Source: Syntrophorhabdaceae bacterium (GTDB lineage Bacteria; Desulfobacterota; Syntrophorhabdia; Syntrophorhabdales; Syntrophorhabdaceae). Taken from it: a stretch of 64,000 bases of DNA. Position numbers and translations under genes: made by a program. The DNA lies in NCBI GenBank assembly GCA_963665295.1, contig OY762209.1, positions 1,984,001 to 2,048,000 on the forward strand, in the 5' to 3' direction. Shown here piece by piece: positions 54,128-64,000 of this stretch; the stretch's first letter is position 1, and each line of letters opens with the position of its first letter. The notes beneath the pieces were generated by a model that ran no database searches, had not been told where the DNA came from, and worked only from the letters and a program-made list of their open reading frames with translations.

Positions 54128-54210
54128 ACTTAGAATAACTTATAGATGTGGGCCGTCATTGTCAATGCATAATGACGGACCGTCTCCATTTTTGAAGCGG
54201 AGAGGCCTTG

Positions 54211-55995
54211 TCAGGCCATCATTGCCTTCTTCTGGGCCCCGAAATTCGCTACTACCGCGGGCATGTCGAGAATGAGGATAACCTTTCCATCTCCTCGGAT
54301 TGTTGCGCCGCCCACGCCGGTTATGTTGCCGAGGAACTCGCCCAAGGGCTTTATGACCACTTCTTCCTGGCCTATTACCGACTGTATCTTGATTCCTATG
54401 GTCTTTTCGCCGATTATACAGATCACCACGTAGCCGCCCGGCTTGTCTTCGGCGTTGGCCGAGTAGACTTTTTCGAGGTCGATCACGGGGATCACCTTGT
54501 CTCTCAGCACGAGTACGTCGTTCTTATCCACCGACTTGATGAGGCCTTCTTTCAGCTTGACCAGCTCAATTACCGTGTTGAGGGGTACGGCAAAGAGTTC
54601 CTCCGCCACCTTTACTATGAGGGCCCTCATGATGGCGAGGGTGAGGGGCAGTTTGATGGTGAGCTTGGTCCATTTCCCTTCCTCCGAATCGACATAGACC
54701 TGACCATTCATCTTTTCTATGTTCGTCTTCACCACGTCCATGCCTACGCCGCGGCCGGACACATTGCTTATCTTCTTTGCGGTGCTGAGGCCCGGTATGA
54801 AGATCAGGTTCATAATGTCCCTCGGGGTCATGACGTTGAGCTCGGATTCGTTGAGAAGGCCCTTCTCCTTCACCTTGTCCTTGACTGCCTGGAGGTTTAT
54901 GCCGTTGCCGTCGTCGAATATCTCGATAATTATATGGTTACCCTCATTGTACGCCTTCATGGAGAGAAGGCCCTTTGCCCTCTTGTCCTTGTTCAGCCGC
55001 TGTTGCGGCCCCTCAACGCCATGGTCCACGGAGTTCCTTATGATGTGGATGAGGGGATCGTGCAGGGTCTCTATGACGGACCTGTCGAGCTCGGTGTTCT
55101 CGCCTTCTATGTGGAGCTCGATTTCCTTTTTGGACTCCTTGCAGAGGTCTCTCACGAGTCTCGGTATCTTGTTGAAAAGCTTGCTGATGGGCACGAGGCG
55201 CGCTTTCATCACCGAGAGCTGAAGTTCATTGGTGATGGCCTCTATGTAATTGGTTACATCGGCGAAGGTATCTGCTATGGAGGTGTTGCCGAGGTCTTTC
55301 TTGATGATGCTGTCTACCAGGATGAGCCGGTTTTTTCCGAGCACCAGTTCTCCCACGAGGTTCATGAGCTCGTCGAGTTTTCGCACGTCTATCCGGATGG
55401 TCTGATCTTCCTTGGAGGTTTTTTGCTTGGCGAGAAACCCCTTCATCTGTCCCTCGGTGGAGAGTTTGTCCTCGACTACGATCTCGCCGAGCTTCTTTTC
55501 GGGCTCCCCCGTCTTCTGCTTGGTAAGGGTGTCAATGAGTTCGTCTACCTTCAGGACCTCTTCTTCAAGGAGTATTTCGCCGATCTTTTTTCTCTCGGGC
55601 TTGGTAAGGGCTTCGAGGTTTTCCACAATGGCGCCGGTTTCGTGGTCTTCCGTCCCTTTTTCCCGGATGTCATCGAGGAGCTGTTTCATGAGGTCGAAGG
55701 ATTCAAGGAGCACATCGGCCACTTCTTTGTCGGGCGTCATCTCCCCTTTTCTTATCATACCGAGCACATCTTCCGCCTTATGGGCGAGGCCGGAGAGGGT
55801 GCCGAAACCGAGAAAACTTGACGTCCCCTTGATTGTATGGACCGCCCTGAAGATGCTGTTCACCAGCTCTTCGTCGGTCTTTTCCTCTATAACCACCATA
55901 TCCTGGATCACGTTCTCCATGAGTTCGGTGGACTCGGTAAGGAACTCGGCAACGATCTCTGCCATTTCGTCTTTTTCAATCATCTGATCCGACAT
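54211..55995 (-). CDS. cheA: Chemotaxis histidine kinase CheA
   Basis: Hpt IFRAVHTIKG, RNSVDHG, SGRGVGMDVV, CheW-like P5. Confidence 0.95.
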   Translation of the reverse strand: MSDQMIEKDEMAEIVAEFLTESTELMENVIQDMVVIEEKTDEELVNSIFRAVHTIKGTSSFLGFGTLSGLAHKAEDVLGMIRKGEMTPDKEVADVLLESFDLMKQLLDDIREKGTEDHETGAIVENLEALTKPERKKIGEILLEEEVLKVDELIDTLTKQKTGEPEKKLGEIVVEDKLSTEGQMKGFLAKQKTSKEDQTIRIDVRKLDELMNLVGELVLGKNRLILVDSIIKKDLGNTSIADTFADVTNYIEAITNELQLSVMKARLVPISKLFNKIPRLVRDLCKESKKEIELHIEGENTELDRSVIETLHDPLIHIIRNSVDHGVEGPQQRLNKDKRAKGLLSMKAYNEGNHIIIEIFDDGNGINLQAVKDKVKEKGLLNESELNVMTPRDIMNLIFIPGLSTAKKISNVSGRGVGMDVVKTNIEKMNGQVYVDSEEGKWTKLTIKLPLTLAIMRALIVKVAEELFAVPLNTVIELVKLKEGLIKSVDKNDVLVLRDKVIPVIDLEKVYSANAEDKPGGYVVICIIGEKTIGIKIQSVIGQEEVVIKPLGEFLGNITGVGGATIRGDGKVILILDMPAVVANFGAQKKAMMA

Positions 55996-56366
55996 TATTC
56001 TTTTCCTCCCAGTAGACTCTCGACCTTGAAAAGAAGGACATCCGGATGGATAGGCTTGTTAAGGAACATATTTACCCCTGCCTGGAATGCATCCCTTCTG
56101 AGGTTCTCGTCCTTCGTTGTGGTCAGCATTATGACCGGTGTATCCATGTAGTAATAATTGTTGCGCAAGTTTTTGACGAATTCTATTCCGTCCATGTTGG
56201 GCATGTTGAGATCGACGATGATCATGTCGGCCTGAACGTGGCCCAGCTTTTCCATCGCATCGAGACCGTCCTCCGCTTCAGCCACGAGGTAGTCCTTCTT
56301 CCTGAGGATGAAACTTAACAGCTTTCTGATGGTGGATGAGTCGTCGATGACCAGGATTGTATTCAT
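55995..56366 (-). CDS. cheY: CheY-like response regulator
   Basis: Stand-alone REC: IDD, DLNMP, KP. Confidence 0.8.
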   Translation of the reverse strand: MNTILVIDDSSTIRKLLSFILRKKDYLVAEAEDGLDAMEKLGHVQADMIIVDLNMPNMDGIEFVKNLRNNYYYMDTPVIMLTTTKDENLRRDAFQAGVNMFLNKPIHPDVLLFKVESLLGGKE

Positions 56367-56369
56367 AAA

Positions 56370-57197
56370 TCACCCTTTTTGATAGGTTATGGTCCCCGGA
56401 AATACCAGGGGTTTAAAAACGCGTGAGATATTGTGTAGACTCTCGGCGTGGCCGATGGTGAGGAAACCCTGGGGTTTCAGGGACTCGTAGAAGAGGTCGA
56501 CCACCTTCTTCTTCATTTTCTCGTCAAAGTAGATAAGGACGTTCCGGCAGAAGATCATGTCCATCTGTTTGTATCTTCTATAGGAGTCGGCATCCATGAG
56601 GTTGAGGAAATCGAGCTTCACGTTTCTCTTTATGTTGTCCTTGAGCTTGTAGGCGCCGTTCACCTCGGTAAAATACTTCTTTTTTGCCGTGTCATCCATG
56701 GTCCGGACGCTGTAGGTGTTAAATACCGCCTGCTTTGCGGAGTCGAGGACCTTTGAGCTTATGTCCGTCCCGTAGATCACGTAGGGGATGGTCCGCCCCG
56801 CGCTCGCCATGGCCTCTTCGAGGATGATGGCGAGGGTGTAGGGCTCTTCTCCTGTTGAGCAGCCCGCGCTCCATATCCTTAAAGGCTGGGCAAAGGAGGT
56901 GCCGTTCAGATAGCTCTTCTTGAGGATCACCTTGAAGGCGTCCAGTTGCGGGGGGTTGCGGAAGAAGAATGTCTCGTTCGTGGTGACCACGTCGAAGAGG
57001 ATGGTAAGCTCCGACTTTACCTTGTCCCCGCCATATTTCAAATGATAATAATAGTCCTGAAAAGAGCCGAATCCGAGCTCGCTCAACCGGCTCGCGAGCC
57101 TGCTCTCCAGCAGGTATGTCTTGTTCTCCGCGAAGTATATGCCGGTCTTGTCGTAGATGAAGTCTCTTAAAAGGATAAATTCTTCCTTGGCTAACAT
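56370..57197 (-). CDS. cheR: Chemotaxis methyltransferase CheR
   Basis: TTNETFFFR, WSAGCSTGEEPY, FCRNVLIYF. Confidence 0.95.
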   Translation of the reverse strand: MLAKEEFILLRDFIYDKTGIYFAENKTYLLESRLASRLSELGFGSFQDYYYHLKYGGDKVKSELTILFDVVTTNETFFFRNPPQLDAFKVILKKSYLNGTSFAQPLRIWSAGCSTGEEPYTLAIILEEAMASAGRTIPYVIYGTDISSKVLDSAKQAVFNTYSVRTMDDTAKKKYFTEVNGAYKLKDNIKRNVKLDFLNLMDADSYRRYKQMDMIFCRNVLIYFDEKMKKKVVDLFYESLKPQGFLTIGHAESLHNISRVFKPLVFPGTITYQKG

Positions 57198-57209
57198 TAA
57201 ATCCTTCCC

Positions 57210-59057
57210 CTATAGGTTCTCGAGCCTGCTCAATGCCGCCTCAGCGGTGGATCGGATATCTTCGTCCTCGCTTCGGGTGAAGGGCTCGATGTAAAGAAGC
57301 GCTTTCGGGTCGTTAAGACTGGAAAGGGCGTTTACACTCCCGATCTTGATGAGGCTGTTTTCGTCCTCCAGGCCTTCCAAAAACAGGTCGAAAAGCGAGC
57401 CGTCCCGGAACCCGTCCAGCGCCGATAGTGCATAGTACCTCGTCCACATGCCCTTGCTCTTGTCCAGGAACACGTCGATCAGCCGGTCCCGGAACGCAAT
57501 AAGTTTCTTGTCCTTCACTATCTTCAGGGCTTCGTGGGGGATGTCTTCATCTTTCAAAAGAGACGTGAGGATACTCATATACCGCTCGTCTTCGAGAAAA
57601 TTGCCGAATACGGCTATGGTCGCCTTTCTTATCCCTTCATCCGTGTCCTGAAGGAGCTTTGACAGGTACGGAAAGTTCCTGTCGCTGTCGAGAACGTTCG
57701 CCGCCGAGAGGAAGACTTTCTTGTCGTCCACGGAGCCGTTGTTTACAAAATCCTCTATCAGGTCGGAAGCCTTTGCCGTGTCGAGACGTATGAGGGCCTT
57801 GAGGGCTTTTGACCTTACGTCGGTATAGCTTGTCTTTGAAAGCTCCCCTATCTCTTCGGCAAGCTGGGTGAAGCCCATGTTTCCCGCCTGGGCCACCGCG
57901 CTTCCCTGGACGTGGCCGTCAGGGTCATGGATCGCTTTGCTTATGATCTCGAACCCGGCGCCTTCGTGTATGCGCCCCATGTTCTCGATGATCTCTCTCC
58001 TCGTTTCCACGGGCGCCGAGAGGTATGCCGCGAGCAACACGTCTTCTCCGATCTTCGCGCCGCCCATCACGCAGGCCTTCACTATGGGGAAGGTGTATTG
58101 GTCACCTTTCGTCATATAGCGGCCTACCTCGCCGACCCACACGTCCTTGAGGTCGGCGAGGCATTCCAGGACATCGCAATACTCCTCGGCCTCCGGATCG
58201 AGGTGAGAGGCGGTTTCGAGGATCGCCTCGCACGCGGCGGGTGTCCTGAAATAGGCGAGGAGCCTCATGATGGGCAATGTCCTCTTGTTTTCGTAATTCA
58301 CGCAGTTGAGGAGGTGTCCGAAAAGTTCGTCGCCTATCTTTTCCTTCATCTTGAGAAAGATATCTTCTTCGCCCCTCTCCAGCATAACCTTCATGTAAAC
58401 CTCTCTCTTCTTCTGATCCCAACCCTTGAGCGTCTCTATGACCTCGTCGAGCACCCCGGGGTCCCTGAAGTCCATAAGCGTCTCGCAGGCTGCGAGGGAG
58501 ATCTCTTCGCCGCCGGTCCTGAATACGTCAAGGAGGGAGGGGATCGCCTTCTTGCTTCCGATCTGTCCGAGGCTGAATATGGCGGTGAAGGTGACCCAAT
58601 CGTCGTCCTTGAGCGCATTGAGAAGCGCATCCACGGCCCGTTCGTCGTCAAACCCTCCAAGGGCCATGCAGGCGGAATTCCTCACATTGTCGTTATCTTC
58701 GACAGTTTTTTTGATCAGGTAGGGGACGGTGTCCACATGCTTCAGGCACGTTATTATCTCGCACGCGTATACCCGGACGTCTTCGTTCTCGTCGTCGAGG
58801 AGCGAGATGATGGCCTCGATATTGTCATTGCCCGTTGCCTTGAGGATCTCCAGGGCCATCATGCGCGTGCCCGTATCACTCGCTTTGAGCAGGGGAGCGA
58901 CGCCCTCCACCACGGACGGGTCGTGGGCGGCTATGAGCGCTTCCTGGGCCTTGTCCCTGGAGAGACCGTCCCCGTCCTTCAGTGTGCCGATAAGCCGGGT
59001 AAGGTCGGCTTGAGACATTGATGCGCGTGAACTCTTTTTTTCCTTCTGTCTTTTCAT
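57210..59057 (-). CDS. HEAT repeat protein
   Basis: Repeats LLDDENEDVR, EDNDNVRNSACMALG, DEDIRSTAEAAL; ATGA overlap with cheB. Confidence 0.85.
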   Translation of the reverse strand: MKRQKEKKSSRASMSQADLTRLIGTLKDGDGLSRDKAQEALIAAHDPSVVEGVAPLLKASDTGTRMMALEILKATGNDNIEAIISLLDDENEDVRVYACEIITCLKHVDTVPYLIKKTVEDNDNVRNSACMALGGFDDERAVDALLNALKDDDWVTFTAIFSLGQIGSKKAIPSLLDVFRTGGEEISLAACETLMDFRDPGVLDEVIETLKGWDQKKREVYMKVMLERGEEDIFLKMKEKIGDELFGHLLNCVNYENKRTLPIMRLLAYFRTPAACEAILETASHLDPEAEEYCDVLECLADLKDVWVGEVGRYMTKGDQYTFPIVKACVMGGAKIGEDVLLAAYLSAPVETRREIIENMGRIHEGAGFEIISKAIHDPDGHVQGSAVAQAGNMGFTQLAEEIGELSKTSYTDVRSKALKALIRLDTAKASDLIEDFVNNGSVDDKKVFLSAANVLDSDRNFPYLSKLLQDTDEGIRKATIAVFGNFLEDERYMSILTSLLKDEDIPHEALKIVKDKKLIAFRDRLIDVFLDKSKGMWTRYYALSALDGFRDGSLFDLFLEGLEDENSLIKIGSVNALSSLNDPKALLYIEPFTRSEDEDIRSTAEAALSRLENL

Positions 59058-60085
59058 AGGACCCGGATAATCTCCTCCGATATTTTGTCTATGGGCAGCA
59101 CCAGGTCGGCGAGACCGGCCGAGACCACCGCCCTCGGCATGCCGTACACCACGCATGTCTCTTCGTTCTGGGCGATAATAAACCCTTGCTTCTTCCTTAT
59201 CTCCCTCATCCCCGCAAGTCCGTCGTTGCCCATTCCCGTGAGTATTACCGCAAGGGTCCTGGATTCGTAGACCGAAGCCGCGGACTGCATGAGGAGGTCT
59301 ACCGAGGGTCGGTATATGTACTTGCTGTCCTTCACGAATTCCACGATTGTTTCCCTGCCCCTTCTCTTCAGTTCCACGTGGGTGTCGCCCGGCGCGACCA
59401 GGGCGACTCCGGGCCTCAGGGGTTCTTTGTCTTCAGCCTCTTTCACCTCTATCTGGGAGACGGCGTTCAGCCTCTGGGAAAAAGACTGGGTGAAGAGTTT
59501 CGGCATATGCTGGGCGATGACGATGGGCGCCGGGAAATCGCGGGGGATGCTTTGCAGAATATGCTGTAAAGCGGGCGGGCCGCCGGTGGATGCCCCTATG
59601 GCCAGCAACTCGTGCCGCGCCTTTCTGTCCGACCTCAAGGCTATGGGTTTCCTGATCAGCTCCAGCCTTTTCATCAGGAACTTGACCTTCATGTTGGCGA
59701 CGGTCTTTACCTTGTTGATCAACTCGTTTTCTCTCTCCGATATGTTTATGGACACATTGGAGTAGTCCTTCGTGATGAAATCGCACGCGCCGATATGGAG
59801 GGCTTCCATGGTAATATCGGCACCTTCTTTTGTAAGGGCGCTGAACATGATAACTGGGAGCGGGAATTTTGCCATAATATGTTTCAGGGCCTCGATACCG
59901 TTCATCACCGGCATCTCGATGTCCATGGTGACCACGTCGGGTTTCAGGGCCTCGATCCTCTCTAAGGCCTCCGCCCCGTTGGACGCGGTCCCCACTACCT
60001 CTATGGAACTGTCTTTCGCGAGCATCCTTGAAAGGGCCTTTCTCATGAAGGCCGAATCGTCAACTACAAGTACTTTCGTCATCAT
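59054..60085 (-). CDS. cheB: Chemotaxis methylesterase CheB
   Basis: REC + GASTGGP, QHMP, LTGMGNDG. Confidence 0.95.
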   Translation of the reverse strand: MMTKVLVVDDSAFMRKALSRMLAKDSSIEVVGTASNGAEALERIEALKPDVVTMDIEMPVMNGIEALKHIMAKFPLPVIMFSALTKEGADITMEALHIGACDFITKDYSNVSINISERENELINKVKTVANMKVKFLMKRLELIRKPIALRSDRKARHELLAIGASTGGPPALQHILQSIPRDFPAPIVIAQHMPKLFTQSFSQRLNAVSQIEVKEAEDKEPLRPGVALVAPGDTHVELKRRGRETIVEFVKDSKYIYRPSVDLLMQSAASVYESRTLAVILTGMGNDGLAGMREIRKKQGFIIAQNEETCVVYGMPRAVVSAGLADLVLPIDKISEEIIRVL

Positions 60086-60968
60086 TCTCCTTTGTGCCGC
60101 CATCGACGTAAACTTTTGCCTTACGAAGAAGTTCGTAAATGGTTTCGAAAAACGTCACCTCTTCACTCAAGGAAAGGCCCCTTCCCATGACCGCTTCGGG
60201 TTGTATGGAAGAACGGTGCTTTGCGATAAAACCGTCGAAGCTTGCAAGGTCTTCCTTGAGATCGATGGTCTTTGCCAGCCTGTTCGCGAGGTGGGTGACA
60301 AGGACATTTTCCTTATTCTCCGTGGCCAGTTCGGGCTGGTGATGAAACCTCACTGCATCCGTAATCGGTTTGGGCGTATTCCAGAGTTCCAGGAGGGTGG
60401 CGCCCATATGCCCGTGATCGACGAGGAGGACTTCTCGCTCTGCCTCGATCCTCGTCATCCCGGAAGAGGATACCAGCCTGTCTATGGCGTCCCATTCGTC
60501 TTTGAAATATCGGTAGATTATGATCACACCTACGTCATGCATGATACCGCTCAAATAAACCTCGTTGGGGTTGCCCACATTCAGCTGCTTGCTGATCCCT
60601 TTTGCAATGAGACCGCATATAATGGAATGGGTCACGAACGCATCCTTTTTGAATGCCCCTCCGTCTCCTTGCGTCATGGATATGAACGGCATCTGGAGAA
60701 TTATGGTGAGGAGCTGCTCAAACCCGATCACCGCTATGGCGTGTTCGAGACTTGTGATGTTCCGGAAACTTTTCGTTCCCGCATAGGCGGTATTCGCAAT
60801 CCGGAGTACTTCCCCCACCATGGAAGGGTCCATGCGCTGGGCCAGATCGGATGCGGAGGTCTTGGGGTCCTCTATGAGACCGACCATTTCCCCGGCAATC
60901 TCCGGAAAGGTGGGCAGCATGTCTATTTCCATCAATTTCTGAAGAATGTAGTTGTCTCCCATAAGCAT
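60060..60968 (-). CDS. HDOD domain protein
   Basis: LPTFP, IMHDVG, DHGHMG, VRFHHQP. Confidence 0.9.
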   Translation of the reverse strand: MLMGDNYILQKLMEIDMLPTFPEIAGEMVGLIEDPKTSASDLAQRMDPSMVGEVLRIANTAYAGTKSFRNITSLEHAIAVIGFEQLLTIILQMPFISMTQGDGGAFKKDAFVTHSIICGLIAKGISKQLNVGNPNEVYLSGIMHDVGVIIIYRYFKDEWDAIDRLVSSSGMTRIEAEREVLLVDHGHMGATLLELWNTPKPITDAVRFHHQPELATENKENVLVTHLANRLAKTIDLKEDLASFDGFIAKHRSSIQPEAVMGRGLSLSEEVTFFETIYELLRKAKVYVDGGTKENDDESTCS

Positions 60969-61000
60969 TCCTTATATTATCGGATGGAGAAGAATGAACT

Positions 61001-61738
61001 TTAGGGCCTCCCGTGCTTCTTCATAGTTGCCCTCAGGCTTATCAGGGCCTGGGCGTGTATCTGGCACACCCTGGCTTCAGTGATACCCAGGGTTTTCGCG
61101 ATCTCTTTCATATTCATGTCTTCGTGGTAATAGAGGGTGAGGACGAGTTTCTGCCTCTCGGGAATCCGCTCCAGTTCCTGGGCAAGGATCCTCTCCATCT
61201 CGGCGAATTCGGCGTACTGCTCCGGGTCGTCGCTTTCATCCACGATATAGCGGATTATCCTGTCCTTGTCCTCGCCCGACGACTCGCTCAGGTCCTCGAT
61301 GCTCACAATGGAAAGGTTGCCGTAATCCTTCAGCATGGTGAGGTAATCATCGAGGTCGATGTTAAGCTCCTGGGCCACCTCTTCCTCCGCGGGATAGCGC
61401 CCCAGCTTGTTTTCGAGCTTCCGTATCACTTCTCCTATCTTCTTTGCCTTTGACCGCGCACTTCTCGGGAACCAGTCCTTGGAGCGCAGCTCATCTATCA
61501 TGGCGCCCCTGATCCTCATATAGGCAAAGGTATTCAGCTTGATACCGCGGCTCGCGTCATACTTTTCCATGGCTTCGAGGAGCCCTATTACGCCTGCGGA
61601 TATGAGGTCCTCTATGACGGTCCCCTCCTCGAAACCCCGGCAGACCTTGTAGGCGAGGTGTTTTATGATAGGGATAAACTCTTCTATCGTCCGTTCCCGT
61701 TCATCATCTTTCGATACGGCATATGCGTTCTTATACAT
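61001..61738 (-). CDS. fliA: RNA polymerase sigma-28 factor
   Basis: DLISAGVIGL, RIRGAMIDELR, ITEARVCQIH. Confidence 0.93.
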   Translation of the reverse strand: MYKNAYAVSKDDERERTIEEFIPIIKHLAYKVCRGFEEGTVIEDLISAGVIGLLEAMEKYDASRGIKLNTFAYMRIRGAMIDELRSKDWFPRSARSKAKKIGEVIRKLENKLGRYPAEEEVAQELNIDLDDYLTMLKDYGNLSIVSIEDLSESSGEDKDRIIRYIVDESDDPEQYAEFAEMERILAQELERIPERQKLVLTLYYHEDMNMKEIAKTLGITEARVCQIHAQALISLRATMKKHGRP

Positions 61739-61741
61739 GGC

Positions 61742-62485
61742 TCAAGACACCAACCTTTCACAGATTTTCTTAAGCGCCACAGTGGCCGGACTATCGGGGA
61801 ACTGCTCGACCCACAATTTTTGTTTTCTCGTGGCAAGATTGATGTTCCTGTCCGTGGGCAGGAACCCGGAGAAAGTGATATATACGTCCAGGAACCTGTC
61901 GGTCACTTTCAGTATCTTCCTGAAGATGTCAAGGCCCTCCTCTTCGTCTTTCACCTGGTTCAGAATGATGTTGAAGTCCTTTCGTCCCGTCTTCTTGTTG
62001 AGCACCTTGATCACCGCGTAGGAATCGGTGAGGCTCGCGGGGTCGGGCGTCACCACGATGAAGATGTCGTCGCTGATGGCGTTGAAGTGGACCACGTTGG
62101 AGGATATCCCCGCGGAGGTATCCACGACAAGATAGTCATGGTCCGGCAGTTCCTGAAAGGCGGAGAAGAGTATGTTCCTTTCGTCGATGGTGAGGTCCGA
62201 GAGCTCCGAAACCCCTGATGTGGCAGGTATGACCCGTATCCCGCAGGGGCCTTCGCAGATTATGTCGCTTATGGACTTCCTCCCCTCGATAAGGTCCTTG
62301 ATGTTGAACTTCGGAAACATGCCGAACATAATGTCGATATTGCCGAGCGACAGGTCCGCATCGAGAATATAGGTGGACTTCTCCATGGTCCCCAACAGGT
62401 AGGCCATGTTCGAGACTATGGAAGATTTGCCGACTCCCCCTTTTCCGCTCGTTATTGTAATAGTGCGTCTTCTCTTCTTTTCCAT
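61742..62485 (-). CDS. flhG: MinD-like ATPase FlhG/FleN
   Basis: SGKGGVGKS, DADL, TPDPASLTDSY. Confidence 0.9.
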   Translation of the reverse strand: MEKKRRRTITITSGKGGVGKSSIVSNMAYLLGTMEKSTYILDADLSLGNIDIMFGMFPKFNIKDLIEGRKSISDIICEGPCGIRVIPATSGVSELSDLTIDERNILFSAFQELPDHDYLVVDTSAGISSNVVHFNAISDDIFIVVTPDPASLTDSYAVIKVLNKKTGRKDFNIILNQVKDEEEGLDIFRKILKVTDRFLDVYITFSGFLPTDRNINLATRKQKLWVEQFPDSPATVALKKICERLVS

Positions 62486-63510
62486 GAGTTACCCTCAATA
62501 AGTATTTTGTAGAGCACGTCGCTGTCTGGAGTCAGTATGTCCGTCTCGTTGGTCCCTGTAGTCAGGAAAGAGAGAGGAAGCGACAATTTCAGCAGGTTGT
62601 CGAAGAGGTGACCGACCGTCTCTTCTTCGTCGAGTTTCGTAAAGGCGAGCCCGCTGATATGTTGTCCTTTAAGCTGGTCGCAGCACACCTTCATTTTTTC
62701 GTCCCTTGCCCCGGCGGGAAGGACCATCACCACTTCCACCTGCCCTAGCTGCCGTAATACCGTTCTTTGCAGGCCGAGAGGGCCGGAAAGATCGACGATC
62801 TTCCGTATCCCGAAGGCCCCGTGCGCCGGCGCGAGGTCCGTTCCTTCCGCAAACAGGGAAAAAGGAATCTCCCTCGCCGCGGAAAAGGCCCTCAAGTCTT
62901 CACAATTTCCGCTTCCCGAAGGGTCGAGGGCAAGGATCGAGACGCGGAGTCCTTCCTGCATGCACAGATGGGCGAGCTTCTTGACGGTGCCCGTCTTTCC
63001 CGCGCCGCTCGGTCCGAGCACCGCGATGGGGGCAACCGAATGGAGGGGGTTGTAAAACGAGATCCGCGACCCCACCGCCTTTTTCACAAAGAAGCCGGCC
63101 TTCGGGCTCTCTTCCGCAAGGGGCCCTATGGCGCAGAAGACTTCCGATATGAGAGAAAGGGCGCTCCTGCCCCCAAAGCCGTTCTTCACCATCTTGTCGA
63201 AAACCACCCTGAGAGGGAGGGGATATGTCTTGACCCTGTCCCGCACCATATCCATGTCTATGCCCGTGACCCTGTCCTGTACGTACCGGGCCGCGTTATC
63301 CCATATCTCCTCCATGCGTCTCCTCATGTCGGCAAGGCCTTTCTCCTGGGATGTAGGATCGCCCTCCACGGCAATCGAGATTTCGCACCCTTTCCCGGCG
63401 GGTCCGCCGCCGTTCCTGATGTCCACTATTATCGTGTCGACGCCGTACTCCTCCTTTATCCTTTTCATCCCTTCTTTCATATCATCGAATACGTACGTCT
63501 TAATTTTCAT
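62452..63510 (-). CDS. flhF: Flagellar SRP-type GTPase FlhF (divergent)
   Basis: MKIKTY, GPSGAGKT, FTKLDE; between flhA and flhG. Confidence 0.82.
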   Translation of the reverse strand: MKIKTYVFDDMKEGMKRIKEEYGVDTIIVDIRNGGGPAGKGCEISIAVEGDPTSQEKGLADMRRRMEEIWDNAARYVQDRVTGIDMDMVRDRVKTYPLPLRVVFDKMVKNGFGGRSALSLISEVFCAIGPLAEESPKAGFFVKKAVGSRISFYNPLHSVAPIAVLGPSGAGKTGTVKKLAHLCMQEGLRVSILALDPSGSGNCEDLRAFSAAREIPFSLFAEGTDLAPAHGAFGIRKIVDLSGPLGLQRTVLRQLGQVEVVMVLPAGARDEKMKVCCDQLKGQHISGLAFTKLDEEETVGHLFDNLLKLSLPLSFLTTGTNETDILTPDSDVLYKILIEGNSWKRREDALLQ

Positions 63511-64000
63511 TCAGCCTGATGACCCCGGAAGACTGTATTTTTATCTGGGACGGAATCTCGTTGTGCGAGATCACCGCCACCCCTTTTATGTATCTCTCGA
63601 TAAATCTCCTCAGTTTCGCCCTCAGCACGGGATGAACGAGGATTACAGGTTGCATGTTCTGGATCATGGCCTTCTTCGACTCATCGCCTATCTTCTCGAT
63701 CAGTCTCTGGCTCGTGGTCAGGTCGAGGGCGAGGAACGTGCCCTGGTCGGAAGCCTGCAAGGAACTGATTAACTTTTCCTCCAGAGCCTTCTCGAGTATC
63801 ATGATATTGAGCACGCCTTCCGACAGGTAAGGTTTCAGGATGTTTCTCGCCATGCGCTGCCGTACGTACTCGGTGATGATTTCAGGGTCTCTCGCGCTCG
63901 GAGAAGCGTCGGCGATTGCTTCGAGTATGGTAACCAGATCGCGTATGGACACCTGTTCTCTCAGGAGGTTTTGCAGCACCTTCTGTATGATGCCCATGTT
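63500..64000 (-). CDS. flhA: Flagellar export protein FlhA, C-terminal part
   Basis: LQNLLREQVSIRDL, EYVRQ, VISHNEI. Confidence 0.93.
   Translation of the reverse strand, partial: NMGIIQKVLQNLLREQVSIRDLVTILEAIADASPSARDPEIITEYVRQRMARNILKPYLSEGVLNIMILEKALEEKLISSLQASDQGTFLALDLTTSQRLIEKIGDESKKAMIQNMQPVILVHPVLRAKLRRFIERYIKGVAVISHNEIPSQIKIQSSGVIRLNEN

Noticed and set aside
57210..60968. HEAT/HDOD genes in the che cluster as a novel system
   Set aside because: Such accessory genes are common in deltaproteobacterial chemotaxis clusters.

Overview
Bacterial chromosomal window, probably from an anaerobic deltaproteobacterium (Syntrophorhabdus-like gene content; inferred, not proven). Core blocks are queA-tgt-yajC-rpsF-(ssb/priB-like)-rpsR-rplI-dnaB-pgsA-like, thrS-infC-rpmI-rplT-pheST-ihfA-merR, carB, tRNA-Sec (selC) and a flhA-flhF-flhG-fliA-HDOD-cheB-HEAT-cheR-cheY-cheA cluster. 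There are two accessory regions. (1) ~24.3-35.6 kb holds IS256 and integrase remnants, a complete IS630, a CusCBA-type heavy-metal efflux operon and toxin-antitoxin loci. (2) A ~14.4 kb island is integrated at the 3' end of selC (27-bp att duplication at 39616-39642 and 54032-54058). It carries a co-oriented defence-like cluster: an unknown ~369-aa protein coupled to a PD-(D/E)XK nuclease, a type III R-M system whose mod gene is destroyed by IS21/IS3, and an ADP-ribosyltransferase-like protein. It also carries TA modules, pseudogenes and a chimeric HTH/IS630 ORF. The best candidate for an undescribed system is the unknown-protein + nuclease pair (47678-49814). A dispersed structured repeat family has four loci; three supply the stop codon of the upstream gene and one is bracketed by an 80-bp duplication.
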